A stretch of 42,323 nt of DNA from a virus (IMGVR_UViG_3300005286_000010:1-42323), one strand, 5' to 3'; positions 27,519 through 37,543 are shown, counted from the first letter of the stretch. Program-made: numbers and translations. The notes: generated from the letters alone by a model not told the origin.

Positions 27519-30500
27519 GTGAACACATTGGCATCTAAATACGATAAGTTCCGTGAACAGTATGCTGATAAGTTCCAATCATACAATCAGCATTACACCG
27601 GAGGCGCCACTAGAACGCCAACAGCACAGCCCGTTACACAGGGAAGTAAGTACGATGCCGTTCGTTCCAAGATTAGGGACGGCGGCATTGAATCTGTTAC
27701 GAAGCCGCAGACAACTGGTCTGAAGAACCTGGTCACAACGATCGGCAAAGCTGTGGCAAAGAATGCAGCATCTCCAGCACCGCAGAGAACGATTCAGCTT
27801 ACGCCAGAACAACAACGTTTGAAGAGTGCTGGGATGGATGCTCAGGGAATTCAGAATAGTATTAAGTCCTTCGACGTTAATACCGCAAAAGCGGCGGCTA
27901 ATAACTTTAAGGCGCAACAATCACCTGTAGATAAATTCTTGGATGAGCGTAAAGAGGCGAATGAATCGGCTCCGAAACTGATACGCGAATTTGCAAACAC
28001 AATGGATTATCTAATTTACGGAAATAAATATGGCCGTGAAATCGCCGGTATCGGACAAGGCGCACTTACATCCACGACAGGGCTTTCTCCTGAGGATGTG
28101 GGTACGCCTTCTGTCGGTTCTCCGGTTTCAAAAGGAATCGGTGCTGTTGTAGGAATAGCGGCTAATCCTGCACAAATACCAGGAGGCATGATTAACACTC
28201 CGTATGCGGCCCCTATAACCCAAACAATAGCAGGTACAGTAGGGAGTAGGGTTGCCAACCCAACAGCGTCTAGAATCGCCACAGAGGCTACTAGAGAGGC
28301 TATCGCTGGTGTACCTGTTAGCGTCGGCCAATCTTTAATGACAGGGCAAACAAGTCCGCGTGAACTGGCAGAAAGCGTAGCACTTGGGGCCGGTCTTGGT
28401 GCAGGTGGAGGGGCGTTATTGCGCGGGGCAGCAGAAGCTGCACAAGTAGGCGTAAATGCGCTTAGACCGACGCTAGAGGAGATTACAAAGAATCAGTTAA
28501 CGGCTGTTCGCAATGCGATGGCGAAGAGCTTCCCGACAACATTGCGTAATCCTGGCGCACAACAACAACTGGATAAGGTCATGTCAGAGATTCAGCCAAT
28601 TGTTACGGAACGAATTACACCGCCGCTTGAGAACGATAACGAATTGGCGAAGTGGGTACGAAATAACTTTGATCCGAATATGTCCTTGAACGAGGTCCGT
28701 AAGCTCTCATACGACGATCTGGCAGAGATGGTGAAGGAACTGAGCAACCGCAAGGGAATCGTCTATGATGAGGCTGTAAAAGTCGCCAGAGAGCGCGGAT
28801 ATGACTTGCCCGCATTGTTGGAGGGTAAAGGCAATACAATCGCTCAGAAAGGCTCACAGATACGTAGCCAGAGGGCTTATGGGGTACGCACCGAGGAACT
28901 ACCTAATGTGCGTAGGAATATTCCTGATACCAACGTTCCTGAGGAAACGCAGCCTACAAATCTAAGCTGGTTCCAACGTCTATTCGGAAACCAGGGTGTC
29001 GGTATCCGTGCCGGATCGAGGAACGTAAAAACCGGGACCCAGCAACAAATCGTCAACAATGCGCTTAAAAAGGATAAGGAAGGAGTTCTAAACGCAATCG
29101 GTACCGCCGGACGGAACACGTATCAAACGCTTGTTGACTCTCTAAGTCCTATCAAAAGGGCATTCGGACAGAAAGCCTATGACATAGCGATGGACGCAAA
29201 CCGCGCTAGCAACATTGCAAACACAATCATTCACGATAAATTCGTGGATCTCGAAGGCAATGTTCTCGGCAAAGGAATGTCCGAAATCTTCAAGCAAGTT
29301 CCGCGAGGACTGGATAACGAAGCGATTGATTATCTCGTTCTACGGGACGCAAAGGCGCGTGTATCAAGAGGCGAAAAGGTCTACGAAGATCGGCTAGATA
29401 TGAACGACGAGATTAAGATTCAGAAACGAATTGAGGATTACGAAAGAAAGTACCCGGTTCTTAAGGACTTAGGCACGGACTGGGACGCATTTACGAAGAA
29501 CATTCGCCAAGTATACGGTCTTGATTCTGGCCTACTGAACGCTGAACAAGTAAAGGCGATGGAAACGTTGCGACCTAATTATGCACCGATGCGCCGTCAA
29601 TTCAAACTGTCTGAACGTGTAAAGCGTACATTCGGCGGAACAAATACCGGGTTTAGCGGCCAGAAAGCGCCGATTCAATCCGTTTCTCCAACCGGTTCGG
29701 TAAGGAAGATCGTTGACCCTCGTCGTACCATTATGGAAGCGACCGAAAAATGGGTTCAGAACAGCATGAACAATCGTGTCATGCAGTACATTGGCGATGA
29801 AGTCATGGCGAACCCCGATGCGCTCAAGGATATTGCAGAGATTGTTCGGACGCCTACCAAGACGGCAAACAAGATGGCGAAGGCATTCGCAGACGCCGAT
29901 GATCTTGCGAATGCTATCGCTGCCGGGAATGAGGAGCAGTTCCTTGATGACTTGTCCAAGCAATTCCGAAAATTGTTTGATAAGGCCAAAGCCGGAGACG
30001 ATACCGTTCTAACCTACATGAAGAATGGGCAACCAGTCGCAATCCGAATAAAAGACCCCGAAGCTATTCGCGCTCTCGCATCACTTGGACCGCAGCAAAC
30101 GGGATTTATCGTCAAGGCATTTGGAGGACTCAGCAACCTTACAAAACGCTCTGCCACTGGTTTGTTGGCTCCGTTGTTCGCAGTACGACAACTCACCGTC
30201 GATCTTCCGCAAGCGCTGATCCAATCGCCTAATGCGGTCAGACACTTGGGGGACTACACCCATGCTCTCGTAAGCAGTATTGTCGAAGCTGTACCTGGTC
30301 TTCGAAACACCAAGTTAGCTAGTTTAGCGACAGATTTCCGGCGTTCTGGCGGTGTATATTCCTCTTTGCTCAAAACAGAGAAGGGGATTAACAAAAGCTT
30401 ACGAGGCATGAAGCGAAATCCTTACCTTTCTCCTGCGGGCGTTGCACAAGGCGTTACAGCAACGGTTAAGGCTCCGTTTAAGGCGTTGGAGAAGGTAGGA

Positions 30501-31703
30501 GACGTAGCAGAGAACTTGAACAGGATCGCGGCTTATAAAGGCTCCTTAAGAGCTTCTGGCAACGTCAGAACACCGGAGAGTGTGCGCAATGCCATTAATG
30601 CAGCACGAGATATTACGACTAACTTTTCTCGTAAGGGCACGGCAGCAAAGGAACTGGAGAGTCTTATTCCTTATAACAACGCCGCCGTTCAAGGTCTTCG
30701 CCGGTTCCTGGTCACATACAAAAAGCATCAAGTTAAAGCTACTATAGGTACATTAGCACTTGCAGTAGCTCCTAAGATGCTCGAATATGCGACGTTTGGA
30801 AATGATCCCGACTATCAGCGCATTCCCGCACGGGACCGCTACCGCAAACTGTTTATCTCCAAGCGTCCTGATGGGTCGTTTGTGAGTATCCAGATGCCGC
30901 CAGAATATAACGCCATTGGAGCGCTTACAGAAGATTTGATGCGTCGTTATATCGGGGATGATCCGCAAGCGATGAAAGGCGTAGCCGATGCTCTCATGAA
31001 CGCTTATACGCCTCCTGCTGTAGCTGGACTGGCACAAGGGGCAACACAAGGCGGAGGGATCGACCAAAGTATTTGGGGCGCTGCGAACGCAACGTCGCTC
31101 GGTCCTATCGCTGGTGTCGCCGCTAACCAGTCCTTTACTGGTTCTCCAATCGTTCCGAAGTCAATGGAGGACGTATCACCGCAATATCAATATGACGAGA
31201 AGACGACGGTCGCAGCGAAAAAATTAGGAAGCATCTTGAAATGGTCGCCCAAGAAAATTGATTATCTTCTCAGACAATATACAGGTGATATCGGGCGCTA
31301 TATCCTACCTCTTACTTCGACTACGGGGAGCGCGGAAGTACAGAAGACGCTTGCGAAAAACTTCATTACCGATCCTATCTATACCAACACGCTTACCGAT
31401 GATTATTACAAAGCCAAGGATTTAATAAACCGTGTCGAAGCGGATAACAAAGCGGTTGGTAAGGCGCTTCCGTCGTGGTATTCGGAGGACATCCATAAGC
31501 TTATGACTTCGATGGCCAAGGATACAATCGGAGCGCAACTTAAGGAACTGAACACGCAGAAGAAAACCATTAACGCGGATAAACTCATGAGCAACCGCGA
31601 GAAGGCCAATAAACTGCGGGATATTCAAGTTCAGATTAACAGTCTGTACACCGACATTCTATCCCGACTTGAAGATGCAGGAGTACCGATTAGGGGGCGC
31701 TAA
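27519..31703 (+). CDS. Large ejection protein with C-terminal LPD38-like domain
   Basis: 1394 aa; RDITTNFSRKG, NQSFTGSPIVP, SPKKIDYLLRQYTG. Confidence 0.75.
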   Translation: MNTLASKYDKFREQYADKFQSYNQHYTGGATRTPTAQPVTQGSKYDAVRSKIRDGGIESVTKPQTTGLKNLVTTIGKAVAKNAASPAPQRTIQLTPEQQRLKSAGMDAQGIQNSIKSFDVNTAKAAANNFKAQQSPVDKFLDERKEANESAPKLIREFANTMDYLIYGNKYGREIAGIGQGALTSTTGLSPEDVGTPSVGSPVSKGIGAVVGIAANPAQIPGGMINTPYAAPITQTIAGTVGSRVANPTASRIATEATREAIAGVPVSVGQSLMTGQTSPRELAESVALGAGLGAGGGALLRGAAEAAQVGVNALRPTLEEITKNQLTAVRNAMAKSFPTTLRNPGAQQQLDKVMSEIQPIVTERITPPLENDNELAKWVRNNFDPNMSLNEVRKLSYDDLAEMVKELSNRKGIVYDEAVKVARERGYDLPALLEGKGNTIAQKGSQIRSQRAYGVRTEELPNVRRNIPDTNVPEETQPTNLSWFQRLFGNQGVGIRAGSRNVKTGTQQQIVNNALKKDKEGVLNAIGTAGRNTYQTLVDSLSPIKRAFGQKAYDIAMDANRASNIANTIIHDKFVDLEGNVLGKGMSEIFKQVPRGLDNEAIDYLVLRDAKARVSRGEKVYEDRLDMNDEIKIQKRIEDYERKYPVLKDLGTDWDAFTKNIRQVYGLDSGLLNAEQVKAMETLRPNYAPMRRQFKLSERVKRTFGGTNTGFSGQKAPIQSVSPTGSVRKIVDPRRTIMEATEKWVQNSMNNRVMQYIGDEVMANPDALKDIAEIVRTPTKTANKMAKAFADADDLANAIAAGNEEQFLDDLSKQFRKLFDKAKAGDDTVLTYMKNGQPVAIRIKDPEAIRALASLGPQQTGFIVKAFGGLSNLTKRSATGLLAPLFAVRQLTVDLPQALIQSPNAVRHLGDYTHALVSSIVEAVPGLRNTKLASLATDFRRSGGVYSSLLKTEKGINKSLRGMKRNPYLSPAGVAQGVTATVKAPFKALEKVGDVAENLNRIAAYKGSLRASGNVRTPESVRNAINAARDITTNFSRKGTAAKELESLIPYNNAAVQGLRRFLVTYKKHQVKATIGTLALAVAPKMLEYATFGNDPDYQRIPARDRYRKLFISKRPDGSFVSIQMPPEYNAIGALTEDLMRRYIGDDPQAMKGVADALMNAYTPPAVAGLAQGATQGGGIDQSIWGAANATSLGPIAGVAANQSFTGSPIVPKSMEDVSPQYQYDEKTTVAAKKLGSILKWSPKKIDYLLRQYTGDIGRYILPLTSTTGSAEVQKTLAKNFITDPIYTNTLTDDYYKAKDLINRVEADNKAVGKALPSWYSEDIHKLMTSMAKDTIGAQLKELNTQKKTINADKLMSNREKANKLRDIQVQINSLYTDILSRLEDAGVPIRGR

Positions 31704-31880
31704 ATAGCGTCCCTTTCTTATTGAAAGGAGTATCTATGTGATAAAGATGGTGATACGATTTTGCCATTGTTGCGATGTAGAGGCGGATAAATGCAAGTAC
31801 CTGACGCGCCTCCGTCAATTCGGGATAGGCAAGGATAACGACTTGCTTAACGCACTCTCTTATGAAATAGAGGTGCCATC

Positions 31881-32462
31881 ATGTACGAGCTTTACGAGTG
31901 GATCAGGCAGCATCGGCACAACCCTGTAACATGGGCCGCATTAGTTCCGCTCATTATCATCATCTTAGATAAGCTTGGACGGGAGTTTATAACCGATCAG
32001 GTCAAGAGATTGCTTCATATTCAGCATAGAGATGAGTTTAAAGAGTACATCGCCAATCAGAAGCGAATCGAGCGGAAGATTGATCGTCTTGCATTATATA
32101 TGGAGGTGCCAGAATGGAATGTAGAAGAGACAAGCTATACCGCCAATACGGTAAAGACTTCGTCGATATTATCACGCTTGGGGCGATTAAGTGCCCAGTA
32201 TGCAAAACAATTCACTATGCGGAGGCGAAGAAACATGAATTATAAGACGCTTATTCCATCCCTTATCGGCGCTATTAAGCTGATTTTACAGCCCTTTGGA
32301 GTTGATCTGAGCGAAATTACCGACGAACAGATCAACCTCGTTGTAAACGGGATCTCCGCTCTGCTGGTTATCTGGGGCATCTTTGCGAAGCACATCCGAA
32401 AGGGAGGTAAGAAGAGTGACGCTACCAACAACCTTAACGTACCCATCGAATCTGCCGAGTAA
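31881..32462 (+). CDS. Membrane protein in frame with a holin (internal start at 32235)
   Basis: N-terminal TM; second GGAGG RBS before MNYKTL..., two-TM holin-like C-terminus; precedes endolysin. Confidence 0.7.
   Translation: MYELYEWIRQHRHNPVTWAALVPLIIIILDKLGREFITDQVKRLLHIQHRDEFKEYIANQKRIERKIDRLALYMEVPEWNVEETSYTANTVKTSSILSRLGRLSAQYAKQFTMRRRRNMNYKTLIPSLIGAIKLILQPFGVDLSEITDEQINLVVNGISALLVIWGIFAKHIRKGGKKSDATNNLNVPIESAE
32114..32245 (+). CDS. Overlapping 43-aa Zn-ribbon-like ORF (Com-like, degenerate)
   Basis: GGAGGTG RBS; IKCPVCKTIH. Confidence 0.4.
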   Translation: MECRRDKLYRQYGKDFVDIITLGAIKCPVCKTIHYAEAKKHEL

Positions 32463-33177
32463 CCTATCGTCAGTCCAGATTGTGGACTTACGACCGGTTC
32501 TGCCGACGAATCCAAAATATACGTGGGAGTCGCTGAATGGCTCTCGTAATCTAAACGATCTGACAACAATCGTATTCCACCACGACGCCTTATCTAAGGC
32601 CAGTACACGCGGCTACGATAATCGTACATTGGCTACCAGGATTGCACAAAGTCATATCAATACGAAAAAAAATCGTGCAGACGGGGACGCAGGTTTCCCG
32701 TACCACGCTTGGATAAGGAACGGCGTAATCCATATCACGAACAACCTTGAAGCCCTAACCTACGGCGTAGCGTCTAACAACGGCTACACGGTTCATATCT
32801 GCGTCTCTGGCGACTATGCGAATCACGATACACTGACGGATCAGGACCGTAACGCACTGTATGCGGCATACTTCTTGTTCAAGCAATGGCTACCGAAGTT
32901 CCGTCAGTTGATGGGCCATAAGGAGCTTAGTCCGACCGCATGTCCCGGCTACGATATGGCTAAGGTACGCAAGGATATCGCATCGATCGAACTCGAAATG
33001 TCGCTCAACAATACGCCGAATACGGCCCTTGCGCGTATATTCGGGTTCCATACGCGTTATCAGGACTTATACAACAAGGCGGTAAACGCAAAGGACCCGA
33101 ACCAAGTTGCGGCACAGGCGAAGCTTCTGGACATTATCCAAGTGGCAATCGATAAAGGGTACTATGTTCCGCAATAA
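32416..33177 (+). CDS. Endolysin, N-acetylmuramoyl-L-alanine amidase (Amidase_2)
   Basis: IVFHH, PYHAWI, GHKELSPTACPG; start refined to GTG 32416. Confidence 0.92.
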   Translation: MTLPTTLTYPSNLPSNLSSVQIVDLRPVLPTNPKYTWESLNGSRNLNDLTTIVFHHDALSKASTRGYDNRTLATRIAQSHINTKKNRADGDAGFPYHAWIRNGVIHITNNLEALTYGVASNNGYTVHICVSGDYANHDTLTDQDRNALYAAYFLFKQWLPKFRQLMGHKELSPTACPGYDMAKVRKDIASIELEMSLNNTPNTALARIFGFHTRYQDLYNKAVNAKDPNQVAAQAKLLDIIQVAIDKGYYVPQ

Positions 33178-33268
33178 TTTCCTTGACAAAACATCGATAC
33201 AACCAAATTGCCGAAAAACCAGAAAAAATACAACCAAAGGAAAAGGGCTTGCTCCCATGAGCAGGCCC

Positions 33269-33440
33269 CTACATCATTTGCCACTTTGGACGATCCATTT
33301 CAACTTTATACGGCTTAAACTCTGGCGGATTAGACTCCAACAAATCCGCGAATCCATCCACCATCGCTTGTATTTCCTCATCCGCAATCTTACGCTTTAC
33401 CCCGAACCGTTCCTTCTCGCCTCGTCTTGCTACATTAATG
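33269..33440 (-). pseudogene. 3' part of IS-interrupted yhjD-like gene
   Basis: Rejoins 35639-35894 in frame when the IS and one TSD copy are removed. Confidence 0.85.
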
Positions 33441-33470
33441 GGGTATTCGGATTAACGTGTTGAAAAGGGG

Positions 33471-34784
33471 CTAAAAGCTCCCCTTCTCAATCACCTCAAC
33501 CAGTGTTGAAATGTCTGTTCCGAGGTACAACGTTTCTTCGTAATCTTGGCTGTTGTAGGACATCATCGAGTAATATGTGTTGTACTGTGATCGCATGGAA
33601 TGCTTCGTCGTCTTGGTTTTCCGCATGCCTTCTGTGAAGAGTATTTTGGCTTTTAAGGCTTCGAATGAGTAGCCCCTACCGATTCGATTAGCAAGCCTTA
33701 TGAGGTTGTTCACAGACTCCGTATAAGCGTTTGTGACGGGGTGATCGAAGTAGTTGAACACTTCTTCTTCCCAGTTCCTCATAGCCGTTACAATCGGCTT
33801 AAATGGGGCTTGCATCTCATCAGGGATACACCTTAACCAATGCTGGTACTTGTCGTAGGCTTCCAGACGGCTTTTGGAGTCCCATATCTTGAAGAAGTCT
33901 TCCTTGAGGTCGTAAGCCATTTTCAACTTGGGATAGTTAGCCGTCCACAAGTCCAGCAGAAGCATGTCCTGGGCGGTGAGATCGTGCTGACGCTTCAGGA
34001 GAACGTATCTATCACGCATGAGCTGGCGACGTTGCTTTGGTTCAATCTCTTTGCGGTGAGCTTTGCGTATATCCTCTAAGGCGGTGTTAGCCATGCGAAC
34101 CACATGAAACTTATCAACGACGATCATAGCTTGTGGCATCATAGCCTTCACAGCGTCCTTATAGGGGTTCCACATGTCCATGGCAACGTACTGTATTTGA
34201 TGTCTGTTAGGGAGCTTGCTGAGGTACTTTACAAGCGTATCCTTATTGCGATTCTCCAGCATGTCAAAGATCGTATTCTCTTCGATGTTTGTGAGCACGC
34301 AACGTGGCTTGATGATGTGTATCTCATCGATACCAAGCCATTTAGGAGTCTCGTTACGGAAATTCTCATACAAGAAGTTCACGTATTCACGGAAGATATT
34401 ACGTACCGTCTTCTCGTCCATGCCGACTTCCTTGGCTATGCTGGTGAACGTACGGCTAAGCGATTGCTGGCTCACGTACTCGATTAGACGCTGCGTAGCG
34501 AGCCTCTTATCGCTCATATCAAGTTGTATCTCAAAGCAAGTTGTACCGCAGTTCTTGCACCGATAACGCTGTTTCTTGAACGTTATGGCGACTCTCTTAC
34601 CATGCATAGGTGTATCGGCGTAAAGATGCTTCTTTGTCCCAAACTTCGACAAGTATTCTTCACCAAAACCGCACTGATCGCACATATCAAGAAGCGGAGA
34701 TGCACTCTCCGCCTCGACATGGTAAGTATCATCGGTTTCATGGACTGCAAGTATGTTTAGACTTGGGAGGTTGAGTATGTTCAT
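33471..34784 (-). CDS. tnpA: ISL3-family DDE transposase
   Basis: Zn finger; LGIDE, AMDMW, VDKFHV, TNAYTESVN. Confidence 0.96.
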   Translation of the reverse strand: MNILNLPSLNILAVHETDDTYHVEAESASPLLDMCDQCGFGEEYLSKFGTKKHLYADTPMHGKRVAITFKKQRYRCKNCGTTCFEIQLDMSDKRLATQRLIEYVSQQSLSRTFTSIAKEVGMDEKTVRNIFREYVNFLYENFRNETPKWLGIDEIHIIKPRCVLTNIEENTIFDMLENRNKDTLVKYLSKLPNRHQIQYVAMDMWNPYKDAVKAMMPQAMIVVDKFHVVRMANTALEDIRKAHRKEIEPKQRRQLMRDRYVLLKRQHDLTAQDMLLLDLWTANYPKLKMAYDLKEDFFKIWDSKSRLEAYDKYQHWLRCIPDEMQAPFKPIVTAMRNWEEEVFNYFDHPVTNAYTESVNNLIRLANRIGRGYSFEALKAKILFTEGMRKTKTTKHSMRSQYNTYYSMMSYNSQDYEETLYLGTDISTLVEVIEKGSF

Positions 34785-35155
34785 TTTGGACGAATCACAG
34801 AGCCGAGGACTCTTTCACAGTCTAACTTAGCTTGCCAAAGCTTTTCGAAATCCCCAACTTCTTTACTTTCTAATACGGTGTAGGCTGGTAACGTCTCTTG
34901 CAATAAGGCGACTGTCCAATACTTCTTTTCTGACCAATCAATATTCATGAGACGCACCTCCGTAGTTCGGGATTCTTGTATATGTTTCAATAGCTTTGCG
35001 TTCTTCAGCATATCGCCGCTCTCTAACTCGTCTGCAATTGTTTGAAAGTGTCGAGCAGATTGCCGCTCATCAACCCGTTCGCTATGCATCCAATTACTTT
35101 CGAGATGACGAAGATGCCTTAGTAAATACTCACGTTCCAACATCCAATCATCCAT
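34781..35155 (-). CDS. IS passenger, hypothetical protein
   Basis: GGAGGTG RBS; ATGA-coupled to transposase. Confidence 0.75.
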   Translation of the reverse strand: MDDWMLEREYLLRHLRHLESNWMHSERVDERQSARHFQTIADELESGDMLKNAKLLKHIQESRTTEVRLMNIDWSEKKYWTVALLQETLPAYTVLESKEVGDFEKLWQAKLDCERVLGSVIRPK

Positions 35156-35522
35156 GAGATGCACCTCCTTGGATTTCGTACACGTTGCCGATAACTTTTA
35201 GTTCAAGCACTTTCGAACGCTCCGATTGTTTATATTGCCAAAGAGGAAAACACAGCCCTTTCACTAACGTTGCACCTTTGATGACTTTAACCATAAACAT
35301 AGCCATGTCATCTCGGTAAACAATTTCATATCTGTGACCTTCGTTTTCAGCAATGTCACGTTCACAGACTTCCTTGCCGTTTATATCAACGAGTCCTGTG
35401 TATTGCATAACAATGAATCTGGGATCACTTGACCACTCACCAATGATGTATTCATCCTGCAAGTCCATGGTCATCATGTTATTGGCGGTGTCCCACCCAC
35501 GAAACTTAATATCTCTTGGCAT
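35148..35522 (-). CDS. IS passenger, YopX-family protein
   Basis: RDIKFRGWD, MQYTGLVDINGKEV, KVIGNVYE. Confidence 0.92.
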   Translation of the reverse strand: MPRDIKFRGWDTANNMMTMDLQDEYIIGEWSSDPRFIVMQYTGLVDINGKEVCERDIAENEGHRYEIVYRDDMAMFMVKVIKGATLVKGLCFPLWQYKQSERSKVLELKVIGNVYEIQGGASHG

Positions 35523-35638
35523 ATTAAAGCCTCCTTTTATTACCATTCTACCATCTTAGGAGGTGGATAACAACACGATAATCCGATTTTAATATCATTT
35601 GTCGTCAAGTGGGTTTCAACACGATTTTCCGAATAGCC

Positions 35639-35894
35639 CATTAATGTAGATCATATCTACTTGATCCTCTATCCAAGTGGATATGCCGAGTGTACGCATC
35701 TCCTTCTTTACATCCTGCAACCTCGTCCGATAATAGCGGCCAAGTGCCTTGTTAAACATGATGGCTGCATCCTTTAATGTGATATGCCGCGATTCGTATA
35801 GTTCCTGGATGCTCTCTACAAGCTTAGGGAGTAAAAGTGTGATGTGCATGTGTTCGCGGATTAGGTTAGTGGTGTGTTCATCGAGATCGATCAT
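35639..35894 (-). pseudogene. 5' part of IS-interrupted yhjD-like gene
   Basis: GAGGTGA RBS; reconstructed 139-aa ORF resembles B. subtilis YhjD by eye. Confidence 0.75.
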
Positions 35895-35912
35895 GGGATT
35901 CACCTCATGATT

Positions 35913-35942
35913 ATTATATGCAGAACATATGTTTGTATTCAA
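35913..35942 (-). promoter_or_regulatory. SigA promoter with LexA (SOS) box in spacer
   Basis: TTGAAT-18-TATAAT; GAACATATGTTT at 35923-35934. Confidence 0.8.
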
Positions 35943-35948
35943 TGGCCA

Positions 35949-36020
35949 ATTGTATTGTTTTGTCCGCATAATTATATTCTGACGGAAGTGAGTATCAAAT
36001 CATGTGGACAAAATTACAAT
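35949..36020. other. Putative attP
   Basis: Imperfect inverted repeat (TTTTGTCCGCAT../..ATGTGGACAAAA) centred near 35985, at integrase 3' end. Confidence 0.7.
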
Positions 36021-37435
36021 GTTATTGGAGTCGGATAGGTATTAAATGTAATCTCCGGATCTTGTCCTCTATGGTTAATCTTTATCGAAAGTATGATTTT
36101 CCGCAAGATGATCTTTTGTTCTTCTTCTGTCCATTGATCCCATGCGTCCCCGATCTCTTGGATGAACGACACGTCTACACTATCGGACGTTTCTGAATCT
36201 GCTTCCTCCAATTCGTATAGACTGCTCTCTGCAGCTTCTTTTTCTTCTTCTAGGTCTTTTATCCGTTTTGCAACGGCGGAAGCTTTAACCGCGCCAATCT
36301 GAATGGCTTCCATCAAATTTTCTATTCCAGTCTCCGCCGACTTGATTCTTGCTTCAAGTGATTTTATGATTTCCGTGTTGTCATTCTCGGTATGTCTTAA
36401 CTGGTTTTTCATGTCATCGGCATATGTGGACATGTTCTTAATTTTGTTGATAATATAGTTTTCAACTTTAATGCGCTGATGATATCCCATATTGCAACTA
36501 TATGGCTTGAACTTTTGCGACTTACAGCAGATATAATCTTTATGATAAATTTTTCCATTCTTCTTGTGCTTGTACTGCTTCGTTTCATGGACTACGGACG
36601 ATCCGCATAATCCACACCGGCATAGCCCTGTAAGCAAGTATTCGCCACGTGGTGGGAGTCCGTCGTTTCTGCGCTTTAATTCCTTTCCCGAATCTGCCCA
36701 CGTCTTCTCATCGATGATCGCTTCCGTTCCGCTTTCATAAATGGTACCAGAATAGAGCATTCTCCCGGCGTACGTTGGACGGCTAATAAGCCTCTTTATA
36801 ACTCCCGCATCAAAAGTGTGCGATGGGTGTCTATCTTGAGCCCACTTTGCAAGCTCGCTATACGATGCGCCATCGATGAATCTACGGAATATCTCTCTGA
36901 CTGTCTCGGCTTCATCGGGTACAACTTCTAAATGGTCTCCTTCTCCCGGCCACATGTAACCAAATGGAGCATGTCCACCATGCCACTTTCCGCCGCGTAT
37001 ACGCTGTAATTTTCCGCCTACGGTACGTTCTACGATCATATCCCGTTCGAGCTGGGCAAATACCGCCAGAATACCGATCATGGCTTTTCCTAATGGCGTT
37101 GCCGTGTTAAATGGTTCTGTAGCCGACATAAAGGCCACGCCGTTTTTCTCGAATACATCCTCCAGCAAATATAAAACGTCCTTTTGCTTACGCGAAAGGC
37201 GATCCAATTTCAATACGATAACAGCGTCGATCTTCTTTTCCTCTACATGTCGAATAAGCCTTCGCATGCCGGGCCTATCGAGGTTTGTAGCGCTCTCGCC
37301 ATCATCCATGTAGAAGGTGAAGTCTCCCCATCCCTGAGCCTTACAGTAGGCCTCTAGGCGCTCTCGTTGCATGTCTAATGAGTAACCTTGAACCTGGTCT
37401 AATGTACTGACGCGTAAGTAGCAAGCAACACGCAT
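36014..37435 (-). CDS. int: Large serine recombinase (integrase)
   Basis: YLRVST catalytic Ser; DRLSR; Zn ribbon CGLCG; coiled coil. Confidence 0.97.
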   Translation of the reverse strand: MRVACYLRVSTLDQVQGYSLDMQRERLEAYCKAQGWGDFTFYMDDGESATNLDRPGMRRLIRHVEEKKIDAVIVLKLDRLSRKQKDVLYLLEDVFEKNGVAFMSATEPFNTATPLGKAMIGILAVFAQLERDMIVERTVGGKLQRIRGGKWHGGHAPFGYMWPGEGDHLEVVPDEAETVREIFRRFIDGASYSELAKWAQDRHPSHTFDAGVIKRLISRPTYAGRMLYSGTIYESGTEAIIDEKTWADSGKELKRRNDGLPPRGEYLLTGLCRCGLCGSSVVHETKQYKHKKNGKIYHKDYICCKSQKFKPYSCNMGYHQRIKVENYIINKIKNMSTYADDMKNQLRHTENDNTEIIKSLEARIKSAETGIENLMEAIQIGAVKASAVAKRIKDLEEEKEAAESSLYELEEADSETSDSVDVSFIQEIGDAWDQWTEEEQKIILRKIILSIKINHRGQDPEITFNTYPTPITL

Positions 37436-37461
37436 ATTATCACCTCAAAGATATTGTATAA

Positions 37462-37490
37462 AATAAAACCCCTGTCTAGGGGATTATTTT
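37462..37490 (-). terminator. Hairpin terminator between repressor and integrase
   Basis: AATCCCCT AGAC AGGGGTTTTATT on minus strand. Confidence 0.6.
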
Positions 37491-37543
37491 CGAAGCAGGC
37501 AACGATCCGGCGCATACCGCATCGTTGAAGCTCCTTTTAGTTA

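Larger units (their letters stand above)
33441..35638 (-). mobile_element. ISL3-family element (2198 bp) with two passenger genes
   Basis: 25-bp imperfect IRs (33441-33465, 35614-35638); 8-bp TSD CATTAATG (33433-33440, 35639-35646). Confidence 0.95.

Noticed and set aside
31722-31880. AAAGGAG followed by ATG-TGA-TAA start-stop ORF, or a 63-aa GTG ORF, before the lysis genes
   Set aside because: Cannot tell which start is used; no supporting motif.
33107-33463. 118-aa plus-strand ORF
   Set aside because: Antisense to the interrupted yhjD-like gene and runs into the IS end.
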